From Ptychomitrium polyphyllum (Eukaryota), in the NCBI GenBank assembly GCA_973851085.1, contig OZ316775.1:16244001-16308000 (forward strand): a DNA stretch of 64,000 bases. Reading direction: 5' to 3'. The notes under the pieces were generated by a model. That model was not told where the DNA came from and ran no database searches. It saw nothing but the letters and a program-made list of their open reading frames with translations. A program made the translations under genes and the position numbers. The first letter of the stretch is position 1. Each line of letters opens with the position of its first letter. Shown one piece after another: positions 62,401 through 64,000 of the stretch.

Positions 62401-64000
62401 GATAAAGTGTGGCTTGCATTGTAAAGGTCTTGAAGGCAAGAGCCAGGTCTTTCTAATGTATTTACAACCTTCAGTAAATGTGGGTCCTTCGTCTTCTGAG
62501 TTGATGCTAGTCAAAGTTTCAACCTTCTAAAATTATTAGAGATCATATCTAAGCTATGCGTCGTGCAGCTGAGTGTGCGGTTGCACATATGAAAGATTAT
62601 GTGAAGTATTTATGATTTCAACTGAAAGATATATGTTGTGCATGGCATCTATAGGAGCACCACCAAGCCACTGAGTGTCGAGCCCCTTGGAATACTGTGG
62701 GTATCCAGACACCAGATACTACTGCTACTATTTCAAGAACATCACTCATCCCTCCGGCGGCTATACCTATGTTAATGCCAGTCTTCTCTCAGCAATGGGG
62801 GACGAGTATGCTTCCCACAAATTTTCCTACTTTTCATTTTGAACTGCCAGTTCACATGACAGTCTCTTCAGATGCGCCCCCAACTTCTGCTAGTGCAGTA
62901 AATTGCACCTTCCCAGTTGGGGTGAACCAAGGGACGCAAGCCACTAAATCTATCCAAGTGAATTCTAAGGAAAATTCAAAGGAGATTGCAGTACAGACAC
63001 ATCACGAGGTGTCCAAATTGCCAATCAACAGCAGAGCTGCGCATAGACAACTCGGTGTCTGGGAGGAAGAAAGTGACTCTGACTGGGAAGAGCTAAAGCG
63101 GGGTTCTTCCCCATCAACACCATCAACACCTTTATCCTCTCCTGATCACAAAATGAGTTTGAAAAAAGCGATGGAGCTATACCCAATTAACTCCTCTATT
63201 ACCCGAGAAATAGGATTTGCAAGGAAAGATCCGCAACCATCAATATCGGAGGCACGTCAGACTTTAGAGAGCGTATTAGCACCACCAATTGAGATGGTGA
63301 CGGAAACGATTATAGAAGACACTACAGCGGATGAGTCACCTGTGAATGTCAATGGGACGAGGTATGTAAAAATCACGTCCTTTACGTTAGCAGAGCTACT
63401 GGAAAAGAGGCTTCAATTGGAAAAGAGGCTGCAATTTCATTTTGATGGACTTCTTTGATATTATCTCCTGTGTGTTTTCCAAACCGCGTACGTTTTGTGT
63501 CAATGTTTGAGAGGAGGCTAACTGCCTGAAAACCTCATTGTAAGCACATACATATCAATATAGACATATTTAAAGACTGGGATAACACCACGATATTACT
63601 TTTGCTGTTACTTGAGCAGAAGAGACACAAGCTGGGCAAAGGTTAAGGAAATGGAGACAGCTGCGCTTGCGCTGCTTAGAGCTGCTTCAACGAAGACGCC
63701 CTCTGCTACGAGTTCATCGGAACGTTCTCGTGAATCGTCACCTGAGTTCCCCACCTGGATATCTCCAGGCGAGGTGAATATTGAAGGTTGTTGCTCCCGC
63801 TGATCGCAGTATTGCAGATATGAACGGTTGAGATCTACGTTTTGTAGCCACGAGTTTTGGTTATGTGTCTTCATCGTGTACCGACATCCATCATGATTTG
63901 GCGCTCCACTTTCTACCTCTATATTGTTGATTAAACACCTTAATGTTGCAATATACTAGCGACCAAGTTTATATTTGATGTCTTTCGCATCACATACGGT
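53446..64000 (+). CDS. Very large (>2,200 aa so far), mostly disordered protein of unknown function, probably 3'-incomplete. Approximate exons 53446-53573, 53938-54647, 54934-55068, 55338-56232, 56693-~57873, (unresolved small exons ~57960-58129), 58486-58911, 59151-59240, 59471-61228, 61416-61780, 62066-62360, 62655-63361, 63620-63773
   Basis: Long same-strand ORFs (256, 323, 376, 594 and 253 aa) are joined by phase-compatible GT-AG introns; the product is S/T/R/K-rich and I recognise no domain. Confidence 0.8.
56974..57290 (+). repeat. In-frame Cys-rich coding tandem repeat, three copies (120- and 117-bp periods)
   Basis: SN(K/R)CLLDP(R/C)C.GPRDSC(H/Y)MPT x3; TTGGATCCT ends at 57000, 57120 and 57237. 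Confidence 0.93.

Overview
Eukaryotic nuclear DNA from a land plant, most likely a moss (Physcomitrium/Funariaceae-like; inferred from gene content and intron style), so many short ORF-track entries are exon fragments or noise. Manual splicing supports nine protein-coding genes: a GH31 heteroglycan glucosidase (5' part, minus), intronless plastid RPL12, a small conserved membrane protein, 20-exon mitochondrial SSADH (ALDH5), a UDP-galactose-type nucleotide-sugar transporter, mitoribosomal mL46, the cap-binding protein nCBP, peroxisomal ECH2 and a very large, mostly disordered unknown protein that probably runs off the right edge. Non-coding and relic elements include a solo LTR with a perfect 5-bp TSD, a perfect (CCATATCA)~48 array, a spliced DUF662/GORAB-like pseudogene, a probable ankyrin pseudogene and an intronless, heavily mutated protein-kinase relic in an AT-rich island. 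I found no prokaryotic-type system such as CRISPR or an operon. The best leads are a 41-bp motif shared by the promoters of two organellar ribosomal-protein genes 27 kb apart, the kinase relic (possibly viral or TE-borne), and the giant protein with many candidate LC8-binding QT motifs plus a Cys-rich repeat. All family assignments come from recall, not database searches.
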